Program-made: the position numbers and the translations under genes
Notes under the pieces: model-generated
Told to the model about the DNA's origin: nothing
Seen by the model: only the letters and a program-made list of their open reading frames with translations
The model's database searches: none
Part shown: positions 51,249-64,000 of the stretch, piece by piece
Position numbering within the stretch: position 1 is the first letter of the stretch
Layout: the number at the start of each line of letters is the position of its first letter
NCBI GenBank assembly: GCA_903834635.1
Contig: CAILJO010000082.1
Span: 8,593-72,592, forward strand
From: an uncultured Micrococcales bacterium
Lineage (GTDB): Bacteria > Actinomycetota > Actinomycetes > Actinomycetales > Microbacteriaceae
Length of the DNA stretch: 64,000 nt
Direction of reading: 5' to 3'

Positions 51249-51303
51249 TCTAACTCCTTGCGTCCGGCTGGATGTCGGACCGATCGTGTGCGAAATAACT
51301 AGT

Positions 51304-52092
51304 TTAGTTGGCTCGTTTGTTCTTCACAGGTTTATCTACAGCCGCACCGAAGCGACGAGACCGAGTTGTGAAATCTAATATCGACTTCCAAAGCTCTTTG
51401 CGGTCGAAGTCTGGCCACGGTGTGTCAACAAAAGATAGTTCTGCATAGGCACTTTGCCAGAGTAAGAAATTGGAGATCCGCTGTTCTCCGCTACTGCGCA
51501 GAAAAAGATCAACATCCGGAAGGAAACCAGAGTTCAAGTATTTGCCCAAGGTTTTTTCAGAAATCGACCCAGGCTTGAGCTTTGCGTCGGCGACATCTTT
51601 GCTGATCGCGTTGATCGCATCTAGAAGTTCGATGCGCGATCCATAATTTACGCACATCGTCAAGGTGAGCGTGGAGTTTTTGGCGGTCAATTTCTCGGCG
51701 CTTTCGAGTTCACGAATTACGCTTCCCCAGAGCTTAGGGCGGCGCCCTGCCCAGCGAACTCGCACGCCCCAATGATTTAACTGATCGCGACGGCGACGAA
51801 GGACTTCAATGTTGTAGCCCATTAAGAATCGGACTTCTTCAGGAGATCGTTTCCAATTTTCTGTTGAGAATGCAAACACTGTCAGGTATTTCACACCAGC
51901 TTCAATAGCCCCGGCAACGACGTCGAGCAACGCGACTTCGCCCGCCTTGTGACCCTCAACACGTGTTAGGCCTCTGGCATTAGCCCAACGTCCGTTTCCG
52001 TCCATGACAATGGCGACGTGATTTGGAACAGGGCCAGGACCGAATTGTGGAACCTTGAGGCCCGGCTTGGTTACCGGTTGAAAGTCATTCAT
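51304..52092 (-). CDS. uppS: Isoprenyl transferase (undecaprenyl diphosphate synthase family)
   Basis: [36 protein letters not shown]; start at the ATGA overlap with the recO stop. Confidence 0.95.
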   Translation of the reverse strand: MNDFQPVTKPGLKVPQFGPGPVPNHVAIVMDGNGRWANARGLTRVEGHKAGEVALLDVVAGAIEAGVKYLTVFAFSTENWKRSPEEVRFLMGYNIEVLRRRRDQLNHWGVRVRWAGRRPKLWGSVIRELESAEKLTAKNSTLTLTMCVNYGSRIELLDAINAISKDVADAKLKPGSISEKTLGKYLNSGFLPDVDLFLRSSGEQRISNFLLWQSAYAELSFVDTPWPDFDRKELWKSILDFTTRSRRFGAAVDKPVKNKRAN

Positions 52093-52814
52093 TCTCGCTC
52101 CACATGTTGAAGCGATTTTAACCCTCGTTCGATGTGCCATTGGGAATATGCGGCAACAAGTCCGGCCGCCGAGGATCGAGACCTTGAACTGCTAGCCTCG
52201 GCAACGGTCCAATCCCCAGCCAATAACGCCCCCAGTAGTGCTGCCGTATCTGCGTCTAGAGTCGCGGCGCCAGCGGGTTTGCAGTTTGAGCAGACAACTC
52301 CACCGAGCTGTAGAACAAACGCGGTGTGCGGGCCTGGCGCTGAGCAATGCGCGCAATCTGAGAAGTTTGGCGCCCAGCCGGCAATCGAGAGTGCACGAAG
52401 CAGATAAGAATCAAGAATCAGTGATGCATCGTGTTCGCGCTTTGCTAGTGACCTCAGCGCGCCAACCAATAGAAGGTATTGCTGAGGAACCGAGTCGTCA
52501 CCGGTAAGTTTTTCGGCGGTTTCTAGCATGGCGCTGGCCGCCGTGTAACTCGGATAGTCGTCGATGATTTCTTTGCCATAAGCAGAAAGAGTTTCTACCT
52601 GACTAACGGTGTCTAAAGTGCGCCCCTCGAAAAGCTGAACATCGACCACCATAAACGGTTCGAGGCGAGACCCAAACTTCGATGCTGTGCGTCGAACCCC
52701 TTTTGCCACCGCCCTGATTTGCCCGTGATACCTAGTCAGCATTGTGACGATGCGATCGGCTTCGCCAAGCTTGTGGGTTCGCAAAACCACGGCTTCGTCA
52801 CGATAAAGGGGCAC
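52089..52814 (-). CDS. recO: DNA repair protein RecO
   Basis: LGEADRI, AVAKGVR, LEPF, CAHC...CSNC. Confidence 0.95.
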   Translation of the reverse strand: MPLYRDEAVVLRTHKLGEADRIVTMLTRYHGQIRAVAKGVRRTASKFGSRLEPFMVVDVQLFEGRTLDTVSQVETLSAYGKEIIDDYPSYTAASAMLETAEKLTGDDSVPQQYLLLVGALRSLAKREHDASLILDSYLLRALSIAGWAPNFSDCAHCSAPGPHTAFVLQLGGVVCSNCKPAGAATLDADTAALLGALLAGDWTVAEASSSRSRSSAAGLVAAYSQWHIERGLKSLQHVERE

Positions 52815-52854
52815 GCGTCAAGTATCGCCGAGAGGCGACGTAAAACCGCTCAGA

Positions 52855-54709
<1,855 letters not shown>

Positions 54710-54751
54710 CCTTTTAGGTTAGACCCTGCGCAGACTAAAAGCCAAGTCTGT

Positions 54752-55642
54752 TTAGAAGCCCAATCGACCGAGCTGCTTTGGGTCGCGCTGCCAATCAGGA
54801 GCAACTTTGACCCGAATGTTTAGAAAAACTTTCTGACCGACCAGTTTTTCAATTCCGCTGCGCGCCTTTGAACCGACGTCCTTGATGCGAGACGCACCTT
54901 TTCCGATGATGATGGCTTTCTGGCTGTCACGCTCAACCCAAACATTGGCGTGTATGTCAAAAATGTCACGCCCTTCGCGCTTGCCCATCTCATCAATCGT
55001 CACGGCGAGAGAGTGTGGCAGCTCGTCGTGAACGCCCTCGAGAGCCGCTTCACGGATGAGTTCACAGATTCGCTCCTCAAGTGTTTCGTCGGTCACAGCA
55101 TCTTCTGGGTACAAAGCTTCAGACACCGGCAGAAGTGAAATCAAAACGTCGCCTAATTCATCAAGCTGTTGCTCGGCTACGGCTGAAACAGGAATGATTT
55201 CTGCCCAGTCACGCAGCTTGCTTACTTCCATCAGTTGATTGGCAAGTTGGTCTCGAGATACGAGCTCACTCTTGGTAACAATGCAAACCAACTTGGCTCG
55301 GCGAAAGTTATTTAGTTGCTCATTGATGAAAGCATCGCCAGGCCCAATTTTTTCGTTCGCTGGAATGCAGAGGGCTATAACGTCAACGTCACCCAGAGTG
55401 CTGTCTACCAGGTCATTGAGTCTCTGGCCGAGAAGAGTTCGAGGACGGTGCAACCCTGGAGTATCAACGAGAATAAGTTGGCCGTTCTTGCGGTGCACTA
55501 TTCCACGGATGGCGCGCCGCGTAGTCTGCGGTTTCGAACTCGTGATCGCAACTTTCTGACCTACAAGTGCGTTTGTCAGTGTTGATTTTCCAACGTTTGG
55601 TCGCCCAACAAATGAGACGAATCCCGATCGGTGTTCGCTCAT
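54752..55642 (-). CDS. era: GTPase Era
   Basis: GRPNVGKST, QTTR, DTPG, KH domain IIGKG. Confidence 0.97.
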   Translation of the reverse strand: MSEHRSGFVSFVGRPNVGKSTLTNALVGQKVAITSSKPQTTRRAIRGIVHRKNGQLILVDTPGLHRPRTLLGQRLNDLVDSTLGDVDVIALCIPANEKIGPGDAFINEQLNNFRRAKLVCIVTKSELVSRDQLANQLMEVSKLRDWAEIIPVSAVAEQQLDELGDVLISLLPVSEALYPEDAVTDETLEERICELIREAALEGVHDELPHSLAVTIDEMGKREGRDIFDIHANVWVERDSQKAIIIGKGASRIKDVGSKARSGIEKLVGQKVFLNIRVKVAPDWQRDPKQLGRLGF

Positions 55643-56769
55643 TATTTTTCTCCTTCAAAGGTGGTTTTAGCGTCATCCAAAGTAGCTTCAGCCTTTACCA
55701 AAACAGTTATCAATCTCTTGCGTCGGGCTTCAATGCGTTCAGCCGTAAAGAGTAATCCCGAATAAACCACAGAGTCGCCCTTGGCTGGCAATCGCCCAAG
55801 CTCCTTCGACAGAAGCCCGCCGACCGAATCGACATCCTCATCTTCAAGTTCAAGATCAAAGCGTTCGCCAAGGTCGAAGAGTGAGCACTTGGCGTTAACT
55901 CTAAGTTGCCCGTTGTCGAGCTCCTCGATTTCGGCAGGGTCTCGGTCGTATTCGTCAGCGATTTCGCCGACAATCTCTTCGATGACGTCTTCCATCGTGA
56001 CAAGGCCGGCCACTCCCCCGTATTCGTCGACGACGATTGCAATGTGGGTAGATTGCGACTGAAGTTGACGCAGCAGATCATCGACCGGCTTCGATTCGGG
56101 CACGAAAAGCGCAGCGCGGGCCGCATCTTGGGCGCTAACCTTTGTCATCGACTTTGCATCTTCGAGCAGAACGCGCGTGACGTCTTTCAGGTACAGCACT
56201 CCGATGACGTCGTCGACATTTTTGCCGAGCACTGGAAGGCGAGAGTATCCGCGGGTCAAGAACACCTTCATCGCTGTGGCGAGTGAATCTACAGACTTTA
56301 CGGTCGCCATGTCGATTCTTGGCACCATTACTTCGCGAACGATAGTTTCGCCGAATTCATCAACTGATTCGAGCAATTCTTGCTCAAATTCGTCTGGCTT
56401 ATCGGTTTTTGGCATAGACAGTGGCGTGAACAACAGGTCAAGAGAGCGCACCGGAGCATGAAAGCGCCTTGCAAGCCAGGATCCGAAGTTGTTGTGACCC
56501 AGTAGCCTTGCCGAAAGTTGAGATCCAACAAGCAGTACGAACATGGAGCCGACCGAAATTAGCGCAGTTATCCACCAGCGCAAGTTCAGCGGTGAGAGAG
56601 TTTGAACAAGGATCACGCCAAAGAAACCTGTCAGTGTGAGCCTTAGAAAAGAAAGGGATTCGTTGCCGGCATCGGTTAGTTCGTCACGATTCAAGGCGGC
56701 TGCGATTACTGAAGTTAGAGTAGTCGCCACCGCAAGCGCTGCAGCAAGCCAAAGCCCGAGAACAAACAA
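55642..56769 (-). CDS. Hemolysin-family CBS/CorC domain membrane protein
   Basis: [42 protein letters not shown]-terminal CorC domain. Confidence 0.92.
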   Translation of the reverse strand: MFVLGLWLAAALAVATTLTSVIAAALNRDELTDAGNESLSFLRLTLTGFFGVILVQTLSPLNLRWWITALISVGSMFVLLVGSQLSARLLGHNNFGSWLARRFHAPVRSLDLLFTPLSMPKTDKPDEFEQELLESVDEFGETIVREVMVPRIDMATVKSVDSLATAMKVFLTRGYSRLPVLGKNVDDVIGVLYLKDVTRVLLEDAKSMTKVSAQDAARAALFVPESKPVDDLLRQLQSQSTHIAIVVDEYGGVAGLVTMEDVIEEIVGEIADEYDRDPAEIEELDNGQLRVNAKCSLFDLGERFDLELEDEDVDSVGGLLSKELGRLPAKGDSVVYSGLLFTAERIEARRKRLITVLVKAEATLDDAKTTFEGEK

Positions 56770-57228
56770 CTAAATTTTCTCGCTCTCGAAAAAGCCTTCA
56801 AGAATTTCGCGCTGAATGCCAAACATTTCTCGCTCTTCATCTGGCGTTGCGTGGTCATAACCAAGCAGATGCAAAACACCGTGCGAAGTCAGCCAAAGCA
56901 TCTCGTGAATCGCGCTGTGACCGGCCTGCTCTGCTTGCGCAGCGGCAACAGTCGGGCAAAGCACAATGTCGCCAAGAAGGCCCGGCGGCGTTGGTGCCGA
57001 AGCGGTTCCTGGGCGCAACTCATCCATCGGAAAACTCAAAACGTCGGTTGGGCCCGGTTCATCCATGAAGTCAATGTGAAGTTTCTCCATGGTTGGTTCG
57101 TCTGCACAGACAATCGAGAGCTCTGCCTCGGGGTGAATGTGCATGAAGTTGAGTGCGAAAGTTGCTAAGCCGAGGATGCGGAACTCGTCGACTTCGACCC
57201 CCGATTCGTTGTTTATTTCAATACTCAT
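56770..57228 (-). CDS. ybeY: rRNA maturation endoribonuclease YbeY
   Basis: [24 protein letters not shown]. Confidence 0.96.
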   Translation of the reverse strand: MSIEINNESGVEVDEFRILGLATFALNFMHIHPEAELSIVCADEPTMEKLHIDFMDEPGPTDVLSFPMDELRPGTASAPTPPGLLGDIVLCPTVAAAQAEQAGHSAIHEMLWLTSHGVLHLLGYDHATPDEEREMFGIQREILEGFFESEKI

Positions 57229-58259
57229 CGGTCGCTCCTGACTCGTTCTGATGGCGATCCCGCAGATTTTGCCGATTTCTTAGAGGTAGCTTTTGCCTCG
57301 AACTTCGAGTACGCATCAACAATTTTTGCGACTAGCGAATGTCTCACAACGTCCGCAGAAGTCAACGTTGCAAAGTGCATGTCATCGATGTTCCGCAGCA
57401 CGTTCGCAGCCGTGCGAAGCCCCGAAGCTCCCGAGGGAAGGTCGATTTGAGTCACGTCGCCGGTGATTACCATTTTGGAATTGAAGCCCAAGCGCGTGAG
57501 AAACATCTTCATTTGCTCGGGGGTGGTGTTTTGCGCCTCGTCGAGAATCACGAATGAGTCATTCAAAGTGCGCCCGCGCATGTAGGCCAGCGGTGCCACC
57601 TCGATGGTTCCAGCAGCCATCAGTCGAGGAATCGAATCGACGTCGAGCATCTCGTGCATGGCATCGTATAGCGGTCGCAAATAAGGATCGATCTTGTCGT
57701 TTAGCGTTCCTGGAAGAAATCCGAGGCGCTCTCCGGCCTCGACAGCGGGTCGAGTGAGGATGATTCGACTCACTTCTTTTCGCTGCAGTGCCTGCACCGC
57801 TTTTGCCATGGCCAGGTATGTTTTACCTGTTCCCGCCGGACCAATGCCAAAAATGATGGTGTTGTTGTCGATGGCGTCGACGTAGGTTTTTTGGCCTTCA
57901 GTTTTTGGCCTGATGGTTTTTCCGCGAGACGAAAGAATGCTTTGACTCAAGACTCCCGCCGCATTCGCAGAGATGTTTGATTGAAGCATGCGAATCGACC
58001 TCAAAATGTCTTCAGAGCTGGGAACTCGACCATTTAGCACCATGGTCGAGAGCTCGTCGATTGTTCTTCGGGCAGCCAACACAGCCGCGGTTGAGCCCTC
58101 AAGCTTTATTTTGTTGCCGCGCGCCGAAATTCGCAGATCGTCAAAAATGGCCTCCAACTGACGCACAAGTTCGTCACCAGGGCCGAATACCGAGGCAATC
58201 GCGATGTCTTCAAGTTCAAACGACTCAGTTGTTAGATCTTTCGCGGGTTTAGTTGCCAC
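57225..58259 (-). CDS. phoH: PhoH family ATPase
   Basis: [33 protein letters not shown]. Confidence 0.95.
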   Translation of the reverse strand: MATKPAKDLTTESFELEDIAIASVFGPGDELVRQLEAIFDDLRISARGNKIKLEGSTAAVLAARRTIDELSTMVLNGRVPSSEDILRSIRMLQSNISANAAGVLSQSILSSRGKTIRPKTEGQKTYVDAIDNNTIIFGIGPAGTGKTYLAMAKAVQALQRKEVSRIILTRPAVEAGERLGFLPGTLNDKIDPYLRPLYDAMHEMLDVDSIPRLMAAGTIEVAPLAYMRGRTLNDSFVILDEAQNTTPEQMKMFLTRLGFNSKMVITGDVTQIDLPSGASGLRTAANVLRNIDDMHFATLTSADVVRHSLVAKIVDAYSKFEAKATSKKSAKSAGSPSERVRSDR

Positions 58260-58587
58260 TGGTTTCCTTTAGCGACTTGCTTGTGATGTGCCCGTGAGCA
58301 TGAAATACGGTTTGACCCGCATCACTTCCGGTGTTGAAAGTCAGGCGGAATGAACCCGCTGCATGGTCGTTCGCGATTTTTGATCCGAGTTGAATGAGAT
58401 CAACCAGTGCTTCTGGGTCAGAGAACGCAAGATCTGCAACATTGTCGTGATGGTTCTTCGGCACCACTAGAACGTGAAGTGGTTGCCTTGGTGAAACATC
58501 AAAGAAGGCAAGTGATTTTTCGCTTTCGGCAACCTTTTTGGCAGGGATTTGCCCAGCCACAATCTTGCAAAAGACACAATCGCTCAA
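58249..58587 (-). CDS. HIT family nucleotide-binding protein
   Basis: DCVFCKI, GQTVFHAHGH; TTG start after GGAGG. Confidence 0.92.
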   Translation of the reverse strand: MSDCVFCKIVAGQIPAKKVAESEKSLAFFDVSPRQPLHVLVVPKNHHDNVADLAFSDPEALVDLIQLGSKIANDHAAGSFRLTFNTGSDAGQTVFHAHGHITSKSLKETSGN

Positions 58588-58606
58588 TGAAACCTCCACA
58601 GCCAAT

Positions 58607-59344
58607 CTACTCCCACACTCCGGTGACGCCACTTAGATAAGAAAGCGCTGCCACGCCAGCAGTTGAAGTTCTCAAAACCCCTGCCCCTAGGTGGACTCTC
58701 TCGGCACCAGACGCTTCGAAAGCTTCTAGCTCTTTCTCGGTGATGCCGCCCTCTGGACCAACAACTAAATAAACAGAACTTTTTCCTTGAAGCGACACTG
58801 CGGTAATCGACTTTGTGGCGGTGGGATCAAGGACCAGCCACTTAGATTCTGACTCGCCCACTTGCTGAGCCAACTGGTTGCTGGTTCTTCTTTCGCCAAC
58901 CTGAACAAACAATGGGCGAAGTGCTTGTTTTGATGCTTCATCACAAATGCTCTGCCAACGAGCCTGATTCTTTGTGGCTTTCGAGTCATCCCATTTCGAA
59001 ACACTTCGGTCAGATTGCCAAGGTATTACCCCGCTAACTCCTATTTCGGTGGCAGCTTGGATGGCAAGTTCGTCTCTATCGCCTTTAGCCAGCGCCTGCA
59101 CGAGAATGAAGGTCTGTTCTGGTTTAGAAATCGGTTTAGCTTCAGAAATTTCTACATCGATGGATTTGTTCGAAACGGCGACTACCGCACCTCGCCAATG
59201 AGTGCTAACACCATTGGTGAGTTGAAGCTTCTCGCCTACTCTCAAACGTCTAACGGAGGCCGCGTGATGACCCTCTGGTCCATCAAGAGTGATTGTTTCA
59301 CCCTCATTGGCCTGTCCATCGAATCTAAAAAGTGGTTCAACCAT
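58607..59344 (-). CDS. rsmE: 16S rRNA (uracil1498-N3)-methyltransferase
   Basis: HHAASVRRL, ATEIGV, VGPEGG, LRTSTAG. Confidence 0.95.
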   Translation of the reverse strand: MVEPLFRFDGQANEGETITLDGPEGHHAASVRRLRVGEKLQLTNGVSTHWRGAVVAVSNKSIDVEISEAKPISKPEQTFILVQALAKGDRDELAIQAATEIGVSGVIPWQSDRSVSKWDDSKATKNQARWQSICDEASKQALRPLFVQVGERRTSNQLAQQVGESESKWLVLDPTATKSITAVSLQGKSSVYLVVGPEGGITEKELEAFEASGAERVHLGAGVLRTSTAGVAALSYLSGVTGVWE

Positions 59345-60420
59345 TAGTGCTTAGCCTTGAAATGCCCAGCTTTGTGTTTTACCAACTTTGGTTCATCGTT
59401 CTTTCTCAACTTCTGCAGTTGGCGGAATATTTCTTTTTGCTTACTGTCGAGTTTGGTTGGCGTAACAACTTGAAAAGTTACCTTCAAATCGCCACGACCG
59501 TTAGTTCGCAAGTGCTTGATTCCCTTGCCCTTAATGGTGAAAACTTCGCCAGTCTGATCACCCGGTTTTACTTCGACCTGCTCTTGACCATCGAAAGTTT
59601 CGATGTTGATGAGTGCGCCCAAAACTGCATCGTGCAGCGGCACCTCGAGTGTGCAGTGCAGATCATCTCCTTGACGGCTAAAGGTGTCATCGGCTCTGAC
59701 GCTGATGTCGACATAAATATCACCCGATGGTCCACCAGCATGACCAACCTCGCCCTGGCCGGCCAACTGCAGGCGCAAGCCATCTTCGACACCTGCTGGA
59801 ATGTTGAGGTCTAATGTCCTTCTGGCTCGAACGCGACCCTGCCCACGACAAGTCACGCACGGTGTAGGAATCGTTTGGCCGAAACCTTGGCAGTTGGTGC
59901 AAGGCGAAGTAGTCAACACATTGCCAAGCAGAGAACGAACCTGACGCTGAATCACACCGCCGCCCTTGCAGACATCACAGGTTCGAAGCGAAGTTCCGGG
60001 CTGACAACAAGCGCCAGAGCAGGTGTCGCACAAAATCGCGGTGTCAATCTCCATCTGACGCTGAACTCCAAAAGCCACTTCTCTGAGCGTCATTTCGACC
60101 CGAATAAGAGCGTCTTGGCCCCGCTCCATGCGCGAGCGAGGGCCGCGCTGGCCGCCACCAAAAAATGAGTCGAAAATATCGCCAAATCCAAAGCCCTGTG
60201 ACCCGCCGAACGGGTTCTGACCACCCATGTCGTACGAGCGACGTTGTTCGGCATCGCTCAACACTTCGTATGCATGAGTAACGAGCTTGAATCTCTCCTG
60301 CGCCTCGGCGGCTGGGTTTACGTCTGGGTGCAGCTCGCGAGCCAGCTTGCGGTAAGCCTTTTTGATCTGTTCCTCAGATGCCTCGCGCGGCACTCCTAGA
60401 ACCTCGTAATGGTCGCTCAA
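59344..60420 (-). CDS. dnaJ: Chaperone DnaJ
   Basis: J domain with HPD, G/F region, four CxxCxG repeats. Confidence 0.96.
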   Translation of the reverse strand: MSDHYEVLGVPREASEEQIKKAYRKLARELHPDVNPAAEAQERFKLVTHAYEVLSDAEQRRSYDMGGQNPFGGSQGFGFGDIFDSFFGGGQRGPRSRMERGQDALIRVEMTLREVAFGVQRQMEIDTAILCDTCSGACCQPGTSLRTCDVCKGGGVIQRQVRSLLGNVLTTSPCTNCQGFGQTIPTPCVTCRGQGRVRARRTLDLNIPAGVEDGLRLQLAGQGEVGHAGGPSGDIYVDISVRADDTFSRQGDDLHCTLEVPLHDAVLGALINIETFDGQEQVEVKPGDQTGEVFTIKGKGIKHLRTNGRGDLKVTFQVVTPTKLDSKQKEIFRQLQKLRKNDEPKLVKHKAGHFKAKH

Positions 60421-60426
60421 AGTTTC

Positions 60427-61446
60427 CTAGCCTTGAAGAATATTTGTCAAATAATGTGCAACAGCACGAACGGCTGCAATGTTTGTGGAGTAATCCATTC
60501 GGGTTGGCCCGATAACTCCAAGCTTTGCAATCTCGTTGCCCTGGTTTTCATAACCAGTAACCACGACAGAGGTCTCAGATAATCCCTCAAAAGGGTTTTC
60601 TCGGCCGATACGAAGACTTACACCGTGCTGCTCTGCTTGCATCTCAGATATGAGCCGCAACAGCACCACCTGCTCTTCTAGAGCGTCGAGCACAGGAGTG
60701 ATTGAACCGACAAAGTCGCTTTCACGCCTTGCCAGGTTGGCCGTTCCGGCAACGATAAGTTTCTCGGTGCGGTTGGCGTCAACGGTCTCTAGCAACCCTC
60801 CTAGAATCCTTTGGACGATGGGCAATCGCTCTGCGGCGAAGCCATCTTCGAAGCCCTTGATCAAATCTGAAACTTGAGCCAATGGTTTTCCGGTCAAAAC
60901 GGTATTCAGTTTGCCCCGAATTTCGGCAATCAACGCCTCATCGATTGCCTGACCAAGGTCAACTGTGTGCTGCTCATAGCGATTTGAATCCGTGATCAAA
61001 AGCAAAAGCAACCTGGTGTCTGCAACCGAAAACAGCTCAACGTTTCGCACATTAGTTTTGCCGAGCGTCGGGTATTGAACGACAGCCATTTGGTTGGTTA
61101 GCTTTGACAGCGTACGAACCGTATTCGCAAGAACATCGTCGAGATCATTTGCTCCGACCAGCAGCGACTCGATGGCGGCCTTCTCGGCGACCGATAGCGG
61201 TTTCACCTCGGAAAGTCGGTCGACAAAAAGGCGATAGCCCTTATCTGTAGGGACTCGGCCACTGGAGGTGTGTGGCGCGGCGATCAGCTGTTCTTCTTCA
61301 AGCAGGGCCATATCGTTTCGAATGGTGGCAGAAGAAACACCGAAGTCGTGTCGGTCAACGAGAGTTTTAGACCCAATCGGCTCTTTGCTAACGATGTAGT
61401 CCTGAACGATGGCGCGTAGCACTTCAATGGTTCGTTGCTGCAGCAT
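60427..61446 (-). CDS. hrcA: Heat-inducible transcription repressor
   Basis: EPIGS, SSATIRNDM, PHTSSGRVPT, GPTRMDY. Confidence 0.97.
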   Translation of the reverse strand: MLQQRTIEVLRAIVQDYIVSKEPIGSKTLVDRHDFGVSSATIRNDMALLEEEQLIAAPHTSSGRVPTDKGYRLFVDRLSEVKPLSVAEKAAIESLLVGANDLDDVLANTVRTLSKLTNQMAVVQYPTLGKTNVRNVELFSVADTRLLLLLITDSNRYEQHTVDLGQAIDEALIAEIRGKLNTVLTGKPLAQVSDLIKGFEDGFAAERLPIVQRILGGLLETVDANRTEKLIVAGTANLARRESDFVGSITPVLDALEEQVVLLRLISEMQAEQHGVSLRIGRENPFEGLSETSVVVTGYENQGNEIAKLGVIGPTRMDYSTNIAAVRAVAHYLTNILQG

Positions 61447-61457
61447 TTACACCTCCG

Positions 61458-61484
61458 TTAGCACTCGCATTACCTGAGTGCCAA
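61458..61484. promoter_or_regulatory. CIRCE operator upstream of hrcA
   Basis: TTAGCACTC-N9-GAGTGCCAA, one mismatch from consensus; abuts a minus-strand -10 TAATAT at 61484-61489. Confidence 0.93.
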
Positions 61485-61511
61485 TATTACCGCCAGACCG
61501 GCTTTTTGTCC

Positions 61512-62732
61512 TTAGCCGACAAGCATGCGAACAACGCCATCGGCAAGCAAACGCCCCTTGAGTGTCAAAACTAGGCGCCCACGGATGGCTTCGCCGCCGT
61601 CAATGTTTCCGGCAGCAATCTGGTCAGCGATTGCCCTCTGCGCCTCAGGGTTTAGATCTTTGACAACCTGAGCGTCAAGTCCTTCGACGAGCCTAAGTTC
61701 GAGGAGTATTCTTTCGGTTAGGCCGGTGTCGTGATCAATAGTCTCGCGACCGGCGGCAGGTGAATGCCCCTGTGAGAGTCTGCCGGCATAAGCGGTTGGG
61801 TGCTTCACGTTCCACCAGCGAACTCCTCCGACATGGCTGTGTGCCCCTGGTCCAAAACCCCACCAGTCTTGCCCGCGCCAGTAAGCGATGTTGTGGGCCG
61901 AGCGAGTTTCAACCGAACGAGACCAGTTGCTGAGCTCGTACCAGTTGAGACCGACAGAATTGAAGGCCTGGTCGGCGTATTCGTATTTGTCGGCCTCAAG
62001 GTCTTCGTCTGGTTCAGCAAGTTGCCCCGACTTGATTTGCCGAGCAAGTTTTGTGCCTTCTTCAACAATCAGCGCGTAGGCAGAGATGTGATCAGTTTCT
62101 AGTGCAATAGCCGCATCGACGGTGCGCTTCCAATCGTCCATGGTCTCACCAGGAGCTCCATAGATTAGGTCTACAGAGACCTGAAGGCCGGCGTCTTTGG
62201 CAGCTTTTACTGCAAATGGAACATTTTCTGGCGCGTGGGATCGCTCAAGCGTAGCCAAAACACTCGGCACAGCAGATTGCATTCCAAGTGAGAGTCGATT
62301 GAACCCACCACGTTTTAGAGCTTCCAAATAAACGAAATCAACATTGTCTGGGTTGGCCTCAGTCGTTACCTCGGCAGTTGGAACGATGCCGAATTTTTGC
62401 ACTAGAGCCGAAAGTGAATCGACGAGATCTTTGGCCGGAAGTTGTGTTGGCGTGCCTCCCCCGAAGAACACTGTAGACATTGGCCTTTTAGAGCTAGCCA
62501 AAACGCGTTGTGACAGTTCAATCTCTGAGCTTAGGTTCTTGACGAAATCAGATGGCGCGAAGCCTTCTAACTCATTTGAGGTGTAGGTGTTGAAATCGCA
62601 ATATCCGCACCTAACTCGACAAAACGGAACGTGCACGTAGGTGTGGAAGGTTCGCGAATCGGTCTCGAGGGCTTTTGGCGGCAAAGAGCCGTCGAGTGGA
62701 GCCGGGTCACCAATTGGCTGAGGTCCAGCCAA
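61512..62732 (-). CDS. hemW: Radical SAM heme chaperone
   Basis: YVHVPFC, CRVRCGYCDF, GGGTP, HNIAYW; between lepA and hrcA. Confidence 0.92.
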   Translation of the reverse strand: MAGPQPIGDPAPLDGSLPPKALETDSRTFHTYVHVPFCRVRCGYCDFNTYTSNELEGFAPSDFVKNLSSEIELSQRVLASSKRPMSTVFFGGGTPTQLPAKDLVDSLSALVQKFGIVPTAEVTTEANPDNVDFVYLEALKRGGFNRLSLGMQSAVPSVLATLERSHAPENVPFAVKAAKDAGLQVSVDLIYGAPGETMDDWKRTVDAAIALETDHISAYALIVEEGTKLARQIKSGQLAEPDEDLEADKYEYADQAFNSVGLNWYELSNWSRSVETRSAHNIAYWRGQDWWGFGPGAHSHVGGVRWWNVKHPTAYAGRLSQGHSPAAGRETIDHDTGLTERILLELRLVEGLDAQVVKDLNPEAQRAIADQIAAGNIDGGEAIRGRLVLTLKGRLLADGVVRMLVG

Positions 62733-64000
62733 TTACTTGCCCTTCTTCTCGCCCTTTTTGTCGCTGTCGGTTGACAGTGCAGCGATAAAGGCTTCTTGAG
62801 GAACCTCAACACGACCGATGGTTTTCATGCGCTTCTTGCCTTCCTTCTGCTTTTCGAGAAGTTTTCGCTTTCGGCTGATGTCACCGCCGTAACACTTGGC
62901 TAGAACATCTTTGCGCATGGCACGGATGCTCTCTCGGGCAATAATGCGCGCGCCGACGGCAGCCTGAATTGGCACTTCAAACTGTTGGCGAGGAATAAGT
63001 TCACGCAATTTCCCAGTCATCATCACGCCGTAGGCATAAGCCTTGTCTTTGTGGACGATTGCGCTAAACGCATCCACTTGGTCACCCTGAAGAAGAATGT
63101 CAACCTTCACGAGATCGCCCTCTTGCAGACCGGCTTCCTCGTAGTCAAGAGATGCATAACCCTGGGTGCGACTCTTGAGCTGATCGAAGAAGTCGAAAAC
63201 GATTTCAGCAAGTGGGAGGCTGTAACGCAGCTGAACACGATCCTCGCCGAGGTACTGCATGTCAATCATCGAACCGCGGCGACCTTGACAAAGCTCCATG
63301 ATGGTTCCCACGTAGTCTTTTGGGCTCAAAATGGTGGCGCGCACCATTGGCTCGAGAACCTTCTTGACCTTGCCAGTTGGAAACTCACTCGGGTTTGTAA
63401 CAGTGATCTCTGACTTGTCTTCCATGGTGACTTCATAGATCACCGATGGTGCCGTGGCGATTAGATCAAGGTTGAACTCGCGCTCTAAACGCTCGGTGAC
63501 GATTTCGAGATGCAAGAGTCCGAGGAAACCGCATCGGAATCCAAAGCCAAGAGCAACCGAGGTCTCTGGTTCATAAACTAGTGCGGCATCGGAAAGCTTC
63601 AACTTATCCAAGGCTTCTCGCAATACCGGGTAATCGCTTCCGTCGATCGGATAGATACCGGAGAAGACCATCGGCTTTGGCTCGCTGTAGCCTTTTAGGG
63701 CCTCAGTTGCTGGGCGCGCTTTGTTGGTGATTGTGTCACCAACCTTTGAAAGTCGAACGTCTTTGACGCCTGTGATGAGGTATCCAACCTCACCAACGCC
63801 CAGCCCCTTTGTTGGTTCTGGCTCAGGTGAAGACACACCGATTTCCAAAACTTCGTGCACGGTTTTGGTCGACATCATCTGAATGGTTTCTCGCGGTGCA
63901 AGGTGACCGTCGATCATTCGCACGTATGTAACTACGCCTCGATAGGAGTCATAGACCGAGTCAAAAATCATGGCTCGCGCCGGCGCGTCGGCATCGCCGA
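62733..64000 (-). CDS. lepA: Translation elongation factor 4 (partial, 5' end outside the window)
   Basis: [39 protein letters not shown]; frame stays open to the window end. Confidence 0.98.
   Translation of the reverse strand, partial: GDADAPARAMIFDSVYDSYRGVVTYVRMIDGHLAPRETIQMMSTKTVHEVLEIGVSSPEPEPTKGLGVGEVGYLITGVKDVRLSKVGDTITNKARPATEALKGYSEPKPMVFSGIYPIDGSDYPVLREALDKLKLSDAALVYEPETSVALGFGFRCGFLGLLHLEIVTERLEREFNLDLIATAPSVIYEVTMEDKSEITVTNPSEFPTGKVKKVLEPMVRATILSPKDYVGTIMELCQGRRGSMIDMQYLGEDRVQLRYSLPLAEIVFDFFDQLKSRTQGYASLDYEEAGLQEGDLVKVDILLQGDQVDAFSAIVHKDKAYAYGVMMTGKLRELIPRQQFEVPIQAAVGARIIARESIRAMRKDVLAKCYGGDISRKRKLLEKQKEGKKRMKTIGRVEVPQEAFIAALSTDSDKKGEKKGK

Noticed and set aside
51249..51303. T-box riboswitch upstream of glyQS
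   Set aside because: Only 55 bp; no stem I or T-box motif, just a small hairpin and an SD

Overview
64 kb of a compact, gene-dense actinobacterial chromosome. Gene order, sequence style and moderate GC suggest Microbacteriaceae of the streamlined freshwater Rhodoluna/Aquiluna type (inference, not a database match). It is mostly core genome: pepA-lpdA-dlaT-lipB-lipA, glnA1/glnE/glnA2/nadE/panB/map/ppgK, rnpB, a nif3/zinc-ribbon/RNase H block, aceE-fasR-fabD-fabH-acpP-fabF, dusB-dgt-dnaG, glyQS, uppS-recO, leuA, and the lepA-hemW-hrcA-dnaJ-rsmE-HIT-phoH-ybeY-CBS-era run. There are three tRNAs (Val-TAC, Ile2-CAT, Asn-GTT). I saw no integrase, IS, prophage or CRISPR. The most notable observation is a membrane sensor kinase plus NarL-type regulator pair in which both partners have lost their phosphorylation residues (H-box His->Thr; receiver Asp->Glu and Lys->Gln), coupled to azlC/azlD. 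Other points of interest: a nonsense codon in ppgK, a 1-nt frameshift in azlC, a GT4 glycosyltransferase with an 11-mer amphipathic tail paired with a DMT membrane protein, a stand-alone secreted type I pullulanase, an NCS1-like permease with a long acidic N-terminus, a probable CTG-initiated MFS gene, pervasive leaderless promoters, and several candidate cis-regulatory elements (leu leader, CIRCE, GlnR box, DUF3145 leader). All protein calls rest on motif recognition by eye; no searches were run.
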